Shown here piece after piece: positions 1 to 11,179 of a stretch of 64,000 nt of DNA (positions within the stretch are counted from its first letter, which is position 1; each line of letters begins with the position of its first letter). Source of the stretch: an uncultured Clostridia bacterium. GTDB taxonomy: Bacteria > Bacillota > Clostridia > Christensenellales > Borkfalkiaceae. A program made the translations under genes and the position numbers. The DNA is taken from NCBI GenBank assembly GCA_944375795.1, contig CALWAU010000026.1:16443-80442 (forward strand), given 5' to 3'. The notes beneath the pieces were generated by a model. That model did not search any database, was not told the DNA's origin, and worked only from the letters and a program-made list of their open reading frames with translations.

Positions 1-1
1 T

Positions 2-1318
2 ATGAAGAAAAAGGAGATACTGCGTCGTTTCGCACCCCTTCTGGCGGGTGCGTTTTTCTTTTGTTCGGCATTTTTTCTCCCGTGCGTCGAGGAGGCTCCC
101 GTTTGCGCGGTATCCGCGGCCGCGGCGGAAGCGTGGCGGGTGCCGCGCGGAGTGACGGTGGACGGGGTGCCCGTCGGCGGAATGTCGGTGCGGAAGGCGG
201 AGGGCCTTCTGCGCGGTCTGACGGAAGCGAAAAATCCCGTCCTGACCGTGCATACGCCCGCGGGCGATTTCGAGTTTTCGGGCGCGCAGATAGGTTTCTC
301 GGACAATTTTGCCGCCCTCCTTTCCCGCGCGGAGAAAAACGGCCGTTACGACGGGAAGGTGACGTATTTTTTGAAGGGCATGGAGGGACAGGCGGAATAC
401 ATCTGCGCCAATAATCGCCTTTCCGCGCTCGACGCGGAGGTACATTTTTCGTCGGAGGGCTTTTCCTACGAGGCGGAGCGGCAGGGGGTCGCCTGCGACG
501 AAAAGCGTCTGCTGCGCGAAATCGGGGAGTCTCTCGCCGCCGGGCCGCAGCAGGACGGGGAGGGCGTTTTCCGCTTTCCGGCCGTGTCGCTGAGCACCCG
601 TCCGCTGGCCCCGAAAAAGACCCTTTCCGAAGTGAAGAAGGGCACGAAAAAAATTTCCTCCTTCGAGACGTATTTCAATACGGACGACAAGGCCAGGAGC
701 GGGAACATTGCCCTGGCGGCCTCCCGCATCGACGGGTTTACCCTGCGGCCGGGCGAGGAATTTTCCTTCAACGCCGTCGTGGGCGAGCGTACGGCGGAGA
801 ACGGTTTCGGGACGGCGAAGGTCATCAAGGACGGGGAATTTATCGCGGGCGTGGGCGGCGGGGTCTGCCAGGTGAGCACGACGCTGTACAACGCGGCGGT
901 GCTGGCGGGCCTGAAAATCACGGCGCGCAAGCCGCATTCCCTCGCGGTGCATTACGTTCCCCCTTCCCGGGACGCCATGGTGTCGTCGCTCAGCGATTTC
1001 CGCTTCAAAAATATCCGTTCCTATCCCGTATATCTTTCCGCGAAAGTGAAGGGCGACGGGCTTTTTGTCACCTTTTACGGGGTGGACGAGGGGTACAGGT
1101 ATGAGATCGTCAGCGTCACGACGGGGGAAATCGAGCCGCCCGAGCCCATCGAAAAGGTGGGGGATTACGAGGGGGTGATCCGGGAGGGAAAAGCGGGGAT
1201 CCGCAGCGAGGCCTATCTCGAAACCTACCGTTACGGGAAGCTCGTCCGCCGCGAAAAGCTGCGCACGGACAGCTATGCCCCCATTCGCGGCATCGTCGGC
1301 GTCAAGAGGGAACCGTAA
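2..1318 (+). CDS. VanW family protein (N-terminal membrane anchor, VanW core, C-terminal G5-like segment)
   Basis: 438-aa ORF with ATG at position 2. The N-terminus is hydrophobic (LLAGAFFFCSAFFL). The core FSFNAVVGERTAENGF...GGGVCQVSTTLYNAAVLAGL matches my recollection of the VanW family. Confidence 0.8.
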   Translation: MKKKEILRRFAPLLAGAFFFCSAFFLPCVEEAPVCAVSAAAAEAWRVPRGVTVDGVPVGGMSVRKAEGLLRGLTEAKNPVLTVHTPAGDFEFSGAQIGFSDNFAALLSRAEKNGRYDGKVTYFLKGMEGQAEYICANNRLSALDAEVHFSSEGFSYEAERQGVACDEKRLLREIGESLAAGPQQDGEGVFRFPAVSLSTRPLAPKKTLSEVKKGTKKISSFETYFNTDDKARSGNIALAASRIDGFTLRPGEEFSFNAVVGERTAENGFGTAKVIKDGEFIAGVGGGVCQVSTTLYNAAVLAGLKITARKPHSLAVHYVPPSRDAMVSSLSDFRFKNIRSYPVYLSAKVKGDGLFVTFYGVDEGYRYEIVSVTTGEIEPPEPIEKVGDYEGVIREGKAGIRSEAYLETYRYGKLVRREKLRTDSYAPIRGIVGVKREP

Positions 1319-1463
1319 ATATCCCCGAGATGTCCGTCGGAAAATTTTCCGAAAGGGTATTGAACCCCGAAAGGCATGATATAATACAGACAACACAGAA
1401 TTCGGAAAATCTCTGCCGGGCGGCGTCGGGCGGCCGTTTTCCGGAGAAAAGCGCGGGGAGGCG

Positions 1464-1919
1464 TTGCAGATGAAGGGGAAAAGAAAGGTTTTCGGGTGGC
1501 TGTCCTGTTTGGCGGTGTTTTTGTCGGCGCTTTGGCCGTGCGCCTGTTCGTACGCCGCGCGGGAATCGGATTTTTCGCTCATCCTCGCCGTGGACGAAGC
1601 GCAGATTTCGGCGGGCGAGGTGACGGCGAGCGCCACGTTCAGGAATCTCACCGCGCAGACGATGAAAATTGTCGGTACCCGGGAGGCGGGGGAGGAGATG
1701 ATATCCATTTACTGCCTGCCCGCCGGCGGGGAAGCGGGCGAGGCGGGCGTTTCCGTGGCCGTGGAAAGCTTTTTGCCCGGAAAGGCGGAATTTATGAGAG
1801 AACGCACCTTTTCGGGGCTGGAGCCGGGCGAATACGAGGTGTTCGCTTCCGTTTCGTTCTCGCAGGGCGGGCGCTTTCTGCGTTTTACGACCGAACGGGT
1901 CGGCGTGGCGGTGCCGTGA
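1464..1919 (+). CDS. hypothetical secreted protein / possible lipoprotein
   Basis: 151-aa ORF with GGGAGG about 8 nt upstream of the ATG. The N-terminus looks like a signal peptide (LSCLAVFLSALWPCAC). The overlapping ORFs 1302..2102(-) and 1496..2038(+) are Arg/Gly-rich and look like GC artefacts. Confidence 0.55.
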   Translation: MQMKGKRKVFGWLSCLAVFLSALWPCACSYAARESDFSLILAVDEAQISAGEVTASATFRNLTAQTMKIVGTREAGEEMISIYCLPAGGEAGEAGVSVAVESFLPGKAEFMRERTFSGLEPGEYEVFASVSFSQGGRFLRFTTERVGVAVP

Positions 1920-1967
1920 CGGCGGCCTCGGAGGGGCGGGGAAACCTCCGTTTGTTGTGCAGAGAAA

Positions 1968-1997
1968 GCGAAAGGGCAAAATCCTTCCGCTTTTTTT
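1968..1997 (+). terminator. candidate intrinsic terminator
   Basis: Stem GCGAAAGG / CCTTCCGC (7 of 8 pairs) with a 7-nt loop, followed by TTTTTTT. Confidence 0.45.
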
Positions 1998-2043
1998 GTG
2001 CGAAAAAAATCGATAAACCGACAAAGAAAATGCGGTGAAACAT

Positions 2044-2072
2044 TTGTGTTTTACGCGAAAAAATGTTATAAT
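2044..2072 (+). promoter_or_regulatory. candidate sigma-A promoter of asnS (TTGTGT-17-TATAAT with TGT extended -10)
   Basis: TATAAT at 2067-2072 is preceded by TGT. A weak -35 (TTGTGT) lies at 2044-2049 with a 17-nt spacer. Confidence 0.45.
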
Positions 2073-2165
2073 AAAAAGGTATAAAAATCGGGAAGGGCGC
2101 ATATTGCGGCGCGCGCCGCAAAAATATCGTCCGCGCCCGGAAAATCGGGAGCTGAAAAAAGAGGA

Positions 2166-3560
2166 ATGGAGCGTATTTTACTCAAAGAAATTTCCGCCCG
2201 CCCCTCCGCGTACGACGGAGAGCGGGTGACGGTGGCGGGCTGGGCGAGGACCATCCGCGATTCCAAGGCGTTCGGGTTTATCGAGCTCAACGACGGAAGC
2301 TGTTTCAAGAACACCCAGGTCGTATTCGAGCGGGCTGCGCTGTCCAATTACGACGAAATCGCGCATCAGAACGTCGGTGCGGCGCTCGTCGTGACGGGGC
2401 GGGTGGTGCTCACGCCCGAGAACAAGCAGCCGTACGAGATCAAGGCGGAAAAAATCGACGTGGAGGGAGAATCCGCGCCCGATTATCCGCTGCAGAAGAA
2501 GCGGCACACGGTGGAGTACCTGCGCGGCATCGCGCATCTGCGCCCCCGCACCAATCTCTTTTCCGCCGTGTTCCGCATTCGGAGCGAGGCGGCGTTCGCC
2601 ATTCATAAATTTTTCCACGACCGCGGCTTCGTCTACGTGCATACCCCCATCATCACGGGCAGCGACTGCGAAGGCGCGGGCGGCATGTTCCAGGTGACTA
2701 CCCTCGATCTGGACGGGCTGGCAAAGTCCTCGTCCGGGAAAGGGGTGGATTACAGACAGGATTTCTTCGGCAAGCGGGCGAGCATCACGGGCTCCGGCCA
2801 GCTGCACGGAGAAACTTTCGCGATGGCCTTTTCCGACATTTACACTTTCGGGCCCACCTTCCGCAGCGAGAAGTCCAACACCTCCCGGCATGCCGCGGAA
2901 TTTTGGATGATCGAGCCGGAAATGGCGTTCTGCGACCTCGCGGGGGACATGGACGTCGCGGAAGCGATGGTGAAATTCATCATCGGCCACGTCTCCGCCG
3001 CCTGCCCGGACGAGCTGGAGTTCCTCAACAAGTTTGTGGACGGCGGTTTGCTCGAACGGCTGAAAAACGTATCGGAGAACGATTTCGTCCGTCTGTCCTA
3101 CACCGAGGCGATAGAGATTTTGAAAGGCCACGCCTCCGAGTTTGACGAAAAAAATATTTTCTGGGGCATGGATCTGCAGAGCGAGCACGAGCGGTATCTC
3201 ACCGAAAAGGTGTATAAAAAGCCCGTGTTCCTCACCGATTATCCCAAGGAAATCAAGTCCTATTACATGAAGCAGAACGACGACGGCAAAACGGTGGCGG
3301 CGGCCGACCTGCTCGTGCCCGGCATCGGGGAGCTCATCGGCGGCTCCCAGCGCGAGGACGATTACGAAAAGTTAAAGGTGCGCATGGCCGAATGCAATAT
3401 CCCCGCCGAGGATTGGTATCTCGACCTCCGCCGTTACGGCGGCGCCACGCACAGCGGCTTCGGTTTGGGTTTCGAGCGCATGGTGATGTATCTCACCGGG
3501 GTGAGCAATATCAGGGATGTGATTCCGTTCCCCCGCACTGTTGGTAGTTTGGAGTTTTAA
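2166..3560 (+). CDS. asnS: asparagine--tRNA ligase
   Basis: 464-aa ORF. It has an N-terminal OB-fold region ([25 protein letters not shown]), class II motifs ([33 protein letters not shown]) and the typical C-terminus IPFPRT..LEF. Confidence 0.95.
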   Translation: MERILLKEISARPSAYDGERVTVAGWARTIRDSKAFGFIELNDGSCFKNTQVVFERAALSNYDEIAHQNVGAALVVTGRVVLTPENKQPYEIKAEKIDVEGESAPDYPLQKKRHTVEYLRGIAHLRPRTNLFSAVFRIRSEAAFAIHKFFHDRGFVYVHTPIITGSDCEGAGGMFQVTTLDLDGLAKSSSGKGVDYRQDFFGKRASITGSGQLHGETFAMAFSDIYTFGPTFRSEKSNTSRHAAEFWMIEPEMAFCDLAGDMDVAEAMVKFIIGHVSAACPDELEFLNKFVDGGLLERLKNVSENDFVRLSYTEAIEILKGHASEFDEKNIFWGMDLQSEHERYLTEKVYKKPVFLTDYPKEIKSYYMKQNDDGKTVAAADLLVPGIGELIGGSQREDDYEKLKVRMAECNIPAEDWYLDLRRYGGATHSGFGLGFERMVMYLTGVSNIRDVIPFPRTVGSLEF

Positions 3561-4235
3561 CGGTAGATGTTTCCGCTTGGCAGGGCGAAACGCGGATATA
3601 CTGCGCAATACATTGTCGGGCTTGCGTTTTAGCTTGCTCATTTACGCCTGAGTAAACTCGCAGCGCAAAATCCGCGCCCTTCGCGTCTTGCTTGTATCTC
3701 CGCGTTTTGACGGTAGACTTTGTTGGTTTATTGAGGGAAACGCGGTATAAGGGGGCATCTTGCGTCCTCGCCGGCGTTCGTCTCGGTCACGTACTATTGT
3801 GTACGCTCCCTTCGCCGAAGCTTCCGGGTTCGGACGCAATCTGCACTCCTTCTCCGCGTTTTGACGGTAGACTTTGTTGGTTTATCGGGGGGAAACGCGT
3901 ATTTACGTCGTTCTGCATTGTCGCCTTTACGGGTTCCTCGGGTCACTTACGGATTAGTAAGCTCCCCTCGGACTTCCGCAGGCTCCGCGCATAACTTGTA
4001 TCTCCGCGTTTTGACGGTTTACTTTTTCGCTCGGCAGGGCGAAACGCGTATAAGGACAGGACAATCCCTCAGTCATGCTGACGCATGACAGCTCCCTTTA
4101 CACAAAGGAGCCACCTTTAAGCCTCCCCTTTTTGTTAAAGGGGAGGTGGTACGGAGTACCGGAAGGGATAAGCCATCGGTTTATGTTTCAGTCGGGCGAA
4201 ACGCGTATCTACATCGTTCTGCGTTTTGACCGAGC
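3555..4235. repeat. tandem array of ~150-nt structured intergenic repeat units (3 full + 2 partial)
   Basis: The core TCTCCGCGTTTTGACGGTAGACTTTGTTGGTTTAT..GGGAAACGCG starts at 3697, 3851 and 4001. Partial copies lie at 3555-3597 and 4186-4208. The period is 150-154 nt. The core contains the inverted repeat CCGCGTTT/AAACGCGG. Each variable segment carries a hairpin with a different but still complementary stem. Confidence 0.85.
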
Positions 4236-4294
4236 ATCCATTTACAAAAGTTTTCCTCGGCATAGGATTTTGCCTTTATATTATCGGAGGTCAT

Positions 4295-5327
4295 ATGATA
4301 AAGATCGCAGTGGACGCGATGGGCGGAGATTTCGCCCCCGCGGCACAGGTACGGGGCGCGGTAAAAGCGCTTCAGAAGGACGGGGATATTTCCGTCATTT
4401 TCGCGGGCGACGAGGCCCGCATCAAAAAGGAGCTGGAAGGGCTCGATTACGATTCTTCCCGCGTCGAAATCGTGCACGCGCCCGAGGTCATCACCAACGA
4501 CGATGTGCCCACGAAAGCCGTGCGCACCAAGAAGGATTCTTCCACCGTCGTCGCTTTCGGGCTGCTCAAAGAGGGGCGGGCGGACGCTTTGGTGTCCTCC
4601 GGATCCACGGGGGCGGTGCTCGCGGCGGGGGTGCTGATGCTGGGCAGGATCAAGGGGATTTCCCGTCCCGCGCTCTGTCCGCGCATTCCCAATCTCCGCG
4701 GCACGGGGACGTTGCTCTGCGACTGCGGCGCCAATCTCGAATGCAAGCCCGTCAATCTCGTGCATTTTGCGATGATGGCGACGGCCTACGCACAGGCGGC
4801 GTACGGCATGGCCTCGCCCAAGGTGGGGCTTTTGAGCAACGGGACGGAGGACCATAAGGGGGACGCCGTGCACCAGGAAGCGAACGCCCTCCTGAAGGAG
4901 CTTTCCTGCATCGACTATGCGGGCAACGTCGAGGGGCGGGACATCATGGCGGGCGACGTGGACGTCGTCGTGGCGGACGGATTTACGGGCAATGTCGCCC
5001 TGAAATCGGTGGAGGGCTGCGGCAAGGCGATCAGCGCCATCATGAAGCGGGAGTTCAAGAAGAACTTCTTTTCCAAACTGCGCGCGGCGCTCGTGTACGA
5101 CGTCATCAAAAACATCAGGAAGGCCGCCGATTACGAGACGATGGGGGGCGCGATGCTCCTCGGACTGAAAAAGGCGGTGGTGAAGGCGCACGGAAATTCC
5201 AGGGAGAACGGTTTTGCCGTCTGCGTGGGACAGGCGGCGGACGTCGTCCGCGGCGACATGGTGGGCAAAATCGAGCGGATGCTGGAGGAGAACGCGTCCG
5301 CAGCGGCGCCCGCGGAAGGGGCGGAGA

Positions 5328-5335
<8 letters not shown>
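4295..5335 (+). CDS. plsX: phosphate acyltransferase PlsX
   Basis: The ORF runs 4226..5335. I start it at ATG 4295, which follows GGAGG at 4286-4290. The N-terminus MIKIAVDAMGGDFAP is the canonical PlsX start. Confidence 0.93.
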
Positions 5336-6038
<703 letters not shown>

Positions 6039-6044
6039 ACGGCT

Positions 6045-9000
6045 TTGGATCTGAAAGAAATACAGCTTGTCGGTTTCAAATCGTTCGCGGATAAGACCAC
6101 CATCCGCTTCGACGACGGGGTGACGTGCATCGTCGGCCCCAACGGCTGCGGCAAGAGCAACGTCGCGGACGCGGTGCGGTGGGTTTTGGGCGAACAGTCG
6201 GCCAAGTCCCTTCGCGGGACGAACATGCAGGACGTCATTTTCGGCGGCACGGAGACGCGCAAGCCGCTTTCGTTCTGCGAGGTCACCCTCGTGTTCGACA
6301 ATTCCAACCACATTTTCGATCTGGACGTGACGGACGTGGGTATGACCCGCCGCCTGTATCGCAGCGGCGAGAGCAAATATCTCATCAACGGTCAGCCGAG
6401 CAGGCTGAAGGATATCGTCGCCCTCTTTCACGGCGTGGGCCTGGGAAAAGAGGGGTATTCCATCATCGGGCAGGGCAAGGTTTCGCAGATCATGAGCGCC
6501 CGCCCCGAGGACAGGCGCCCCATCTTTGAAGAGGCGATCGGCCTGATGGTGTGCAAGAAGCGCAAGCAGGAGATAGAGAACAAACTGGAGGATTCCAATT
6601 CCAACCTCTACATCTACCGCCAGCGCATCGACGAGGCGGAGCGGCGGCTGGGCCCCCTGTCCAAGCAGGCGGACGCGGCGCGGGAATACAACGAATATTC
6701 CGAATCGCTGAAAATCAACGAGGCGAACACCTACATATACCGCTACGAAAACGCGGAAAACGAAAAGGAAAAATTCAAAAAGGACATCGCGGGGATCTCC
6801 GACCAGATCATTTCCCTCAACGTCCAGGTGGAGAAAATCAACCGCCAGACGGAGGAAAACCGTGCCAAGATCGCGGCGGCGGACGCGGAGCTCACCGAGC
6901 TCAACGATCGCCGCGTGGAACTGTCCGTCGGCAACGAGAGGAAGGACGGGGAACTCAAACTCGTCCGCGAGCGCATGAGTACCTATCGCTCGCAGATCTC
7001 GGCGGCGACGGACGTACTGGAATCGGGCCGGGTACGCATCGGGGAGATCGACGACGCGGTGGCGCTCGCCGCGCGCAAGCGCAAGGAAGATTCCGCCCGC
7101 ATCGCCGCCATCGACAACGAAACGGACGTGCTCCGCTCCGCGATTTCCGCGCTCGACAACAAAATCGCGGTGTTCGAGCGGCTCACGGACGAAAAGCGGA
7201 TGAGCCAGCTCTCCTCCGCGGAGGACCTGTCCGAGCTGAAAAAGAACCTCGGCACCCTCTCGGCGCGCAAGGAAGCGACGGAGGAGAGGATCAAGGAAAT
7301 CGATTCCGCCGTCGAAAAGAGCGAGCAGCGCAAGGAAAAATTGCAGGAAGAACTGACCGCCGTGCGCAGCGACCTCAAAAAGCTGCGGGAATTTACTTCC
7401 AAGGGCACGCAGGCGCTGGAAGAACAGACGGAAGAGGCGCGGGAAATGCAGCTCACCGTCAACAACTTCAACCAGGAACTGTTCAACGCCAACGGTCAGC
7501 TCGCCTCCCTGAAAGACAGCCTCGAGGTCTACATCAGCCTGAAAAACCGCTTCGAGGGCTACAAGGATTCCGTCCGTCGGCTGCTGTCGGTCGCCAAGAC
7601 CAATCCCGACGTGGGCAATCGGCTGAAAGGCGCGTTGGCGGACATCGTGCGCACCGAACAGAAATACGAAGTCGCCATCGAAACGGCGTTCGGCGGCGCC
7701 ATGCAGAACGTCGTCACGGCGACGAGCGACGACGCGCGTTACCTCATCGAATATCTCAAACGCACCAATGGCGGCGTGGTCACTTTCCTGCCCGTTTCCA
7801 GCATGCGCCCCAAGCCCGACACGCGGGAGATCCAGCGCGCGCTCAACGAGAAGGGGGCGATGGGGCTGGCCACCGAGCTGGTGCAATACGATGAATATTA
7901 TTACAACGTCATTTCCAATCTCCTCGGCAATACGCTGATCTGCGACAATATTTTCAACGCCAACACGATTGCGAAAAAGTACGGCAACTCTTTCAAGATC
8001 GTCACGCTGGACGGGGACATCGTCATGACCAGCGGCGCGATGACGGGCGGAAGCCGCCGCAAGGATTCCGGCTCCCTGCTCTCCAACGAGCGCAAGATTC
8101 AGGAGTGCAAGGAAAATATCCTGCGCAAGCAGAAATATATCGAAAAGCTCAAGGCGGCGATCGCCGAGAGCGAGAAGGAACGCGAAAAGGCGGAGGAAGA
8201 GGTAGAAAAACTGCGCGCCAAATATCAGTCCTCTTTGAGCGAGCAGGCGGCCCTCGAACAGCGCGAAGCCGCGCTTTTGCAGCAGATTCAGGACGCGGAG
8301 GCGGACGTCGTCGTCTATCGCGAGGCGCTCGCCGAACTGCAAAACAAGCTCAAGGAGCTGAAAAACGAGGAGGAAAATTCCTCCCGGAGCGAGGAGGAGC
8401 TCAATTCCATGCGCGCGGACGCGGAGGAGGAGCTTTCCTCCCAGCGCAGCCAGTGCGACAAATTCCGCGCGGAGCGGGAGGAAAAGAGCAAGAAGCTCCA
8501 CGACCTCGAAGTGGAGTATGCCGAGCTCGTGTCCGCCGTGAAGAAGGAGGAGGAGGACGTGAAGCGCCTCACCGCCGAGAAGGAGGAGCTCGTCAGACGC
8601 ATTTCCGAAACGGAGGAGTCGCGGCGGGATATTCAGGCCAAGCTCGGCGAGCTCGAGGCCGTCGCCCAGGAGAAGGAGCTCACGGAGGAGGAGCGCGCCG
8701 CGGTGCAGGAGATCGTGGACAAAATCGCCGCGCTCTCCGCCGAGAAGGAGGAGATCAACGCCCGCCAGGCGGCGCTCGAGGAGGAGAAAAACTCCTTGCA
8801 GGAGCGCATCACCAAACAGTCGGACAAGCGGTATAAATGCGAGATCGAAATCAGTAAAATCGACACCAATCTCGAAAACATGCGCCAGCGCATCGACGAG
8901 GCGTATCATCTGGATTATGAAGGCTGTCTGCCCCTGCGCCGGGAGAATTTCGACGTGGAGGAAGCCGCTTCCACCATCATCGTCTTGAAGCGGAAAATCA

Positions 9001-9641
9001 CGATGCTCGGCGCGGTCAATCCCAACGCCGTGGAGGAGTACGACGAGGAAAAGAAGCACTACGACGAGATGGTCGCCCAGCGGGACGATTTGCAGAAGGC
9101 CATCGAGGATCTGACCGTGGCGCTCAACGAAATCCGCGAAGAAATGCTCAAACAGTTCAATGCGGGCTTCGAGGAGATCAACGAGAATTTCAAGACGACT
9201 TTCAAGGAATTGTTCGGCGGCGGCCGCGCGGAGCTGCAGCTCGATTACGTCGAAGGGGAGGATCCGCTCGACGCGGGCGTGGAGATCGTGGCCTGCCCGC
9301 CCGGCAAGAAACTCAGCAAAATTTCCCTGCTTTCGGGCGGCGAACAGGCCCTGACGGCAATCGCTATCCTGTTTGCCATTCTCAAGACGCACCCGATGCC
9401 CTTCTGTATTCTCGACGAGATAGAAGCGGCGCTCGACGACGCAAACGTCGACAGGTTTGCCTCCTATCTCAAACGCTTTGCGGCCGAGACGCAGTTTATC
9501 GTCATCACCCACCGCAAGCCCACGATGAATCAGGCGGATTCCCTTTTCGGCGTCACGATGCAGGAAAAGGGCGTTTCCAAAATCGTCTCCGTCAAGCTCG
9601 CGGAAGTGGAGCAGAAACTGGGGGCGGGCACCGTCGAATAA
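6045..9641 (+). CDS. smc: chromosome segregation protein SMC
   Basis: 1198-aa ORF with a TTG start after AAGGAG. It has a Walker A motif (GPNGCGKSN), long coiled-coil regions, a hinge, and a C-terminal signature LSGGEQALTAIAILFAI followed by Walker B (FCILDEIEAALD). Confidence 0.97.
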   Translation: MDLKEIQLVGFKSFADKTTIRFDDGVTCIVGPNGCGKSNVADAVRWVLGEQSAKSLRGTNMQDVIFGGTETRKPLSFCEVTLVFDNSNHIFDLDVTDVGMTRRLYRSGESKYLINGQPSRLKDIVALFHGVGLGKEGYSIIGQGKVSQIMSARPEDRRPIFEEAIGLMVCKKRKQEIENKLEDSNSNLYIYRQRIDEAERRLGPLSKQADAAREYNEYSESLKINEANTYIYRYENAENEKEKFKKDIAGISDQIISLNVQVEKINRQTEENRAKIAAADAELTELNDRRVELSVGNERKDGELKLVRERMSTYRSQISAATDVLESGRVRIGEIDDAVALAARKRKEDSARIAAIDNETDVLRSAISALDNKIAVFERLTDEKRMSQLSSAEDLSELKKNLGTLSARKEATEERIKEIDSAVEKSEQRKEKLQEELTAVRSDLKKLREFTSKGTQALEEQTEEAREMQLTVNNFNQELFNANGQLASLKDSLEVYISLKNRFEGYKDSVRRLLSVAKTNPDVGNRLKGALADIVRTEQKYEVAIETAFGGAMQNVVTATSDDARYLIEYLKRTNGGVVTFLPVSSMRPKPDTREIQRALNEKGAMGLATELVQYDEYYYNVISNLLGNTLICDNIFNANTIAKKYGNSFKIVTLDGDIVMTSGAMTGGSRRKDSGSLLSNERKIQECKENILRKQKYIEKLKAAIAESEKEREKAEEEVEKLRAKYQSSLSEQAALEQREAALLQQIQDAEADVVVYREALAELQNKLKELKNEEENSSRSEEELNSMRADAEEELSSQRSQCDKFRAEREEKSKKLHDLEVEYAELVSAVKKEEEDVKRLTAEKEELVRRISETEESRRDIQAKLGELEAVAQEKELTEEERAAVQEIVDKIAALSAEKEEINARQAALEEEKNSLQERITKQSDKRYKCEIEISKIDTNLENMRQRIDEAYHLDYEGCLPLRRENFDVEEAASTIIVLKRKITMLGAVNPNAVEEYDEEKKHYDEMVAQRDDLQKAIEDLTVALNEIREEMLKQFNAGFEEINENFKTTFKELFGGGRAELQLDYVEGEDPLDAGVEIVACPPGKKLSKISLLSGGEQALTAIAILFAILKTHPMPFCILDEIEAALDDANVDRFASYLKRFAAETQFIVITHRKPTMNQADSLFGVTMQEKGVSKIVSVKLAEVEQKLGAGTVE

Positions 9642-9652
9642 AACGAAAATCG

Positions 9653-9678
9653 TCCGGGGGCGCGGCCGCGCCCCCGGA
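9653..9678 (+). terminator. GC-rich hairpin after smc (possible terminator)
   Basis: Perfect palindrome TCCGGGGGCGCG/CGCGCCCCCGGA. It lacks a clear T-run. Confidence 0.4.
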
Positions 9679-9719
9679 TTGCGGATAACGGAAACAAAAA
9701 ATCAGGAGGAGGATAGAAG

Positions 9720-11111
9720 TTGAAATATTGTCCGGAGTGCGGCGCGAAACTGAACGGAACGCCGAAATTCTGCCCCGAGTGCGGGACGAAACTGAGCGAA
9801 GGAAGCACCCAAGGGAGCGATGACGGCTTTTTCGAGAGATTCGGCGACGCGGATTGGGAGGAGCTGGGCCGCGAGCTGGACGGGCAGATAGCGGCGGAAA
9901 ACGCGCCGAAAGAGGCGTATAAAAAGAAGCTGGCGCTGGCGCGCGCGGACGCGATACGGGGGAAATATAAAGAAGCGGAGGAAATATACGAGGCGTTGAC
10001 GGAGGAAAACCCGGAGGACATGAACGGGTATATGGGATTTATCCGCGTCGCCAGCGAAAATTACACGAAATACGAGGGCGTGGGGATAGAAAAGAGCATC
10101 CGCGCGGCGCAGGAGATTTCGGGGAAAGCGGATTTGCGCGGATACGATAAGGAGTATGCGGAATACGCCGCCCGCCGCGAAAAATATTTTGCGGACAAGG
10201 CGGCGGAGAAAGAAAAGAAAATTCGGGAACGCGGCCTGTTTGAAATAGAGGGCGGCGTGTTGAAGAAGTATAAAGGGAACGGCGGAGACGTAGTCATTCC
10301 GGAGGAAGTTTGGGAAGTGGGCGACAGCGCGTTTGAAAAATGCGAGGGGCTGACGGGTGTGACGATTCCCTCCGGCGTGCGGCGTATAGGAATGAACGCA
10401 TTTGCCGGGTGTTCGCGCTTGTCCCGCATCGAGCTTCCCGCCGCTCTCGAGGAGCTCGGTTCCGGTGCCTTTTTATGGTGCTATTCGTTGAAAAGCATAC
10501 AAATTCCGGATAAGGTGCGCCGAATCAATGCCGCCACATTCATCGAATGCGGGCTTGTTTCCGTCTCTCTTCCGAAGGATCTGACGCTGATCGGAGAAAG
10601 GGCGTTTTATGGCTGCAAAAATTTGACTTCCGTGCGCATACCCGAGAAAGTATCGGAAATAGGGGAAAGAGCGTTCGGTTATTGTAAGGCGCTGACAAAT
10701 GTTGCGGTTCCGGGCAGCGTGAAAATTATCGGGACGCAGACGTTTCAATGTACCGGGCTTTGCGGGGTAACGCTTTCGGAGGGCGTGGAGGAAATCGGAA
10801 CGGAAGCTTTCGGGCATTGCGAAAATTTGGGAGAAATCACCATTCCGGGCAGCGTAAAGCGGGTGCGTGCGACGGCGTTCGATTATTGCAAAAATCTTGT
10901 CAGGGTCGTTTTCCGCGAAGGCGTAGAGGAAATCGGCGACGGCGTTTTTCAGGGCTGTTGCACGCTGTGGGATGTGACAATTCCGAGAAGCGTAAAAAAA
11001 ATCGGAAGCTTTGCGTTTTTTGACTGTAAAATGACGGAGGCACAAATTCCGCGCGGCTGCAATACGGGCAGCGGCGCATTTCCTCAAAATTGCAGAGTCA
11101 TCGAAAAATAA
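9720..11111 (+). CDS. zinc-ribbon plus BspA-type leucine-rich-repeat protein
   Basis: 463-aa ORF with a TTG start 7 nt after AGGAGGAGG. The N-terminus has a double CPECG zinc ribbon. The C-terminal half holds ~23-residue repeats (IPxxVxxIGxxAFxxCxxL) typical of LRR_5/BspA-like proteins. Confidence 0.8.
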   Translation: MKYCPECGAKLNGTPKFCPECGTKLSEGSTQGSDDGFFERFGDADWEELGRELDGQIAAENAPKEAYKKKLALARADAIRGKYKEAEEIYEALTEENPEDMNGYMGFIRVASENYTKYEGVGIEKSIRAAQEISGKADLRGYDKEYAEYAARREKYFADKAAEKEKKIRERGLFEIEGGVLKKYKGNGGDVVIPEEVWEVGDSAFEKCEGLTGVTIPSGVRRIGMNAFAGCSRLSRIELPAALEELGSGAFLWCYSLKSIQIPDKVRRINAATFIECGLVSVSLPKDLTLIGERAFYGCKNLTSVRIPEKVSEIGERAFGYCKALTNVAVPGSVKIIGTQTFQCTGLCGVTLSEGVEEIGTEAFGHCENLGEITIPGSVKRVRATAFDYCKNLVRVVFREGVEEIGDGVFQGCCTLWDVTIPRSVKKIGSFAFFDCKMTEAQIPRGCNTGSGAFPQNCRVIEK

Positions 11112-11179
11112 CCCGAAAAGGAAGAACGGAAGGCGCGCGGGATAAGCCGCCGCGCCGAAAGAAAGGACGGAGGTGTGAA

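Noticed and set aside
1920-2165. T-box leader upstream of asnS.
   Set aside because: Only about 90 nt lie between the candidate promoter and the start codon. There is no specifier-loop/T-box sequence (…GGUGGUACCGCG…).
3555-4235. CRISPR array interpretation of the asnS-plsX repeats.
   Set aside because: The repeats are ~50 nt and the intervening segments ~100 nt, both far outside CRISPR norms. The 'spacers' are related to one another and share a hairpin layout. No cas genes or leader lie nearby.
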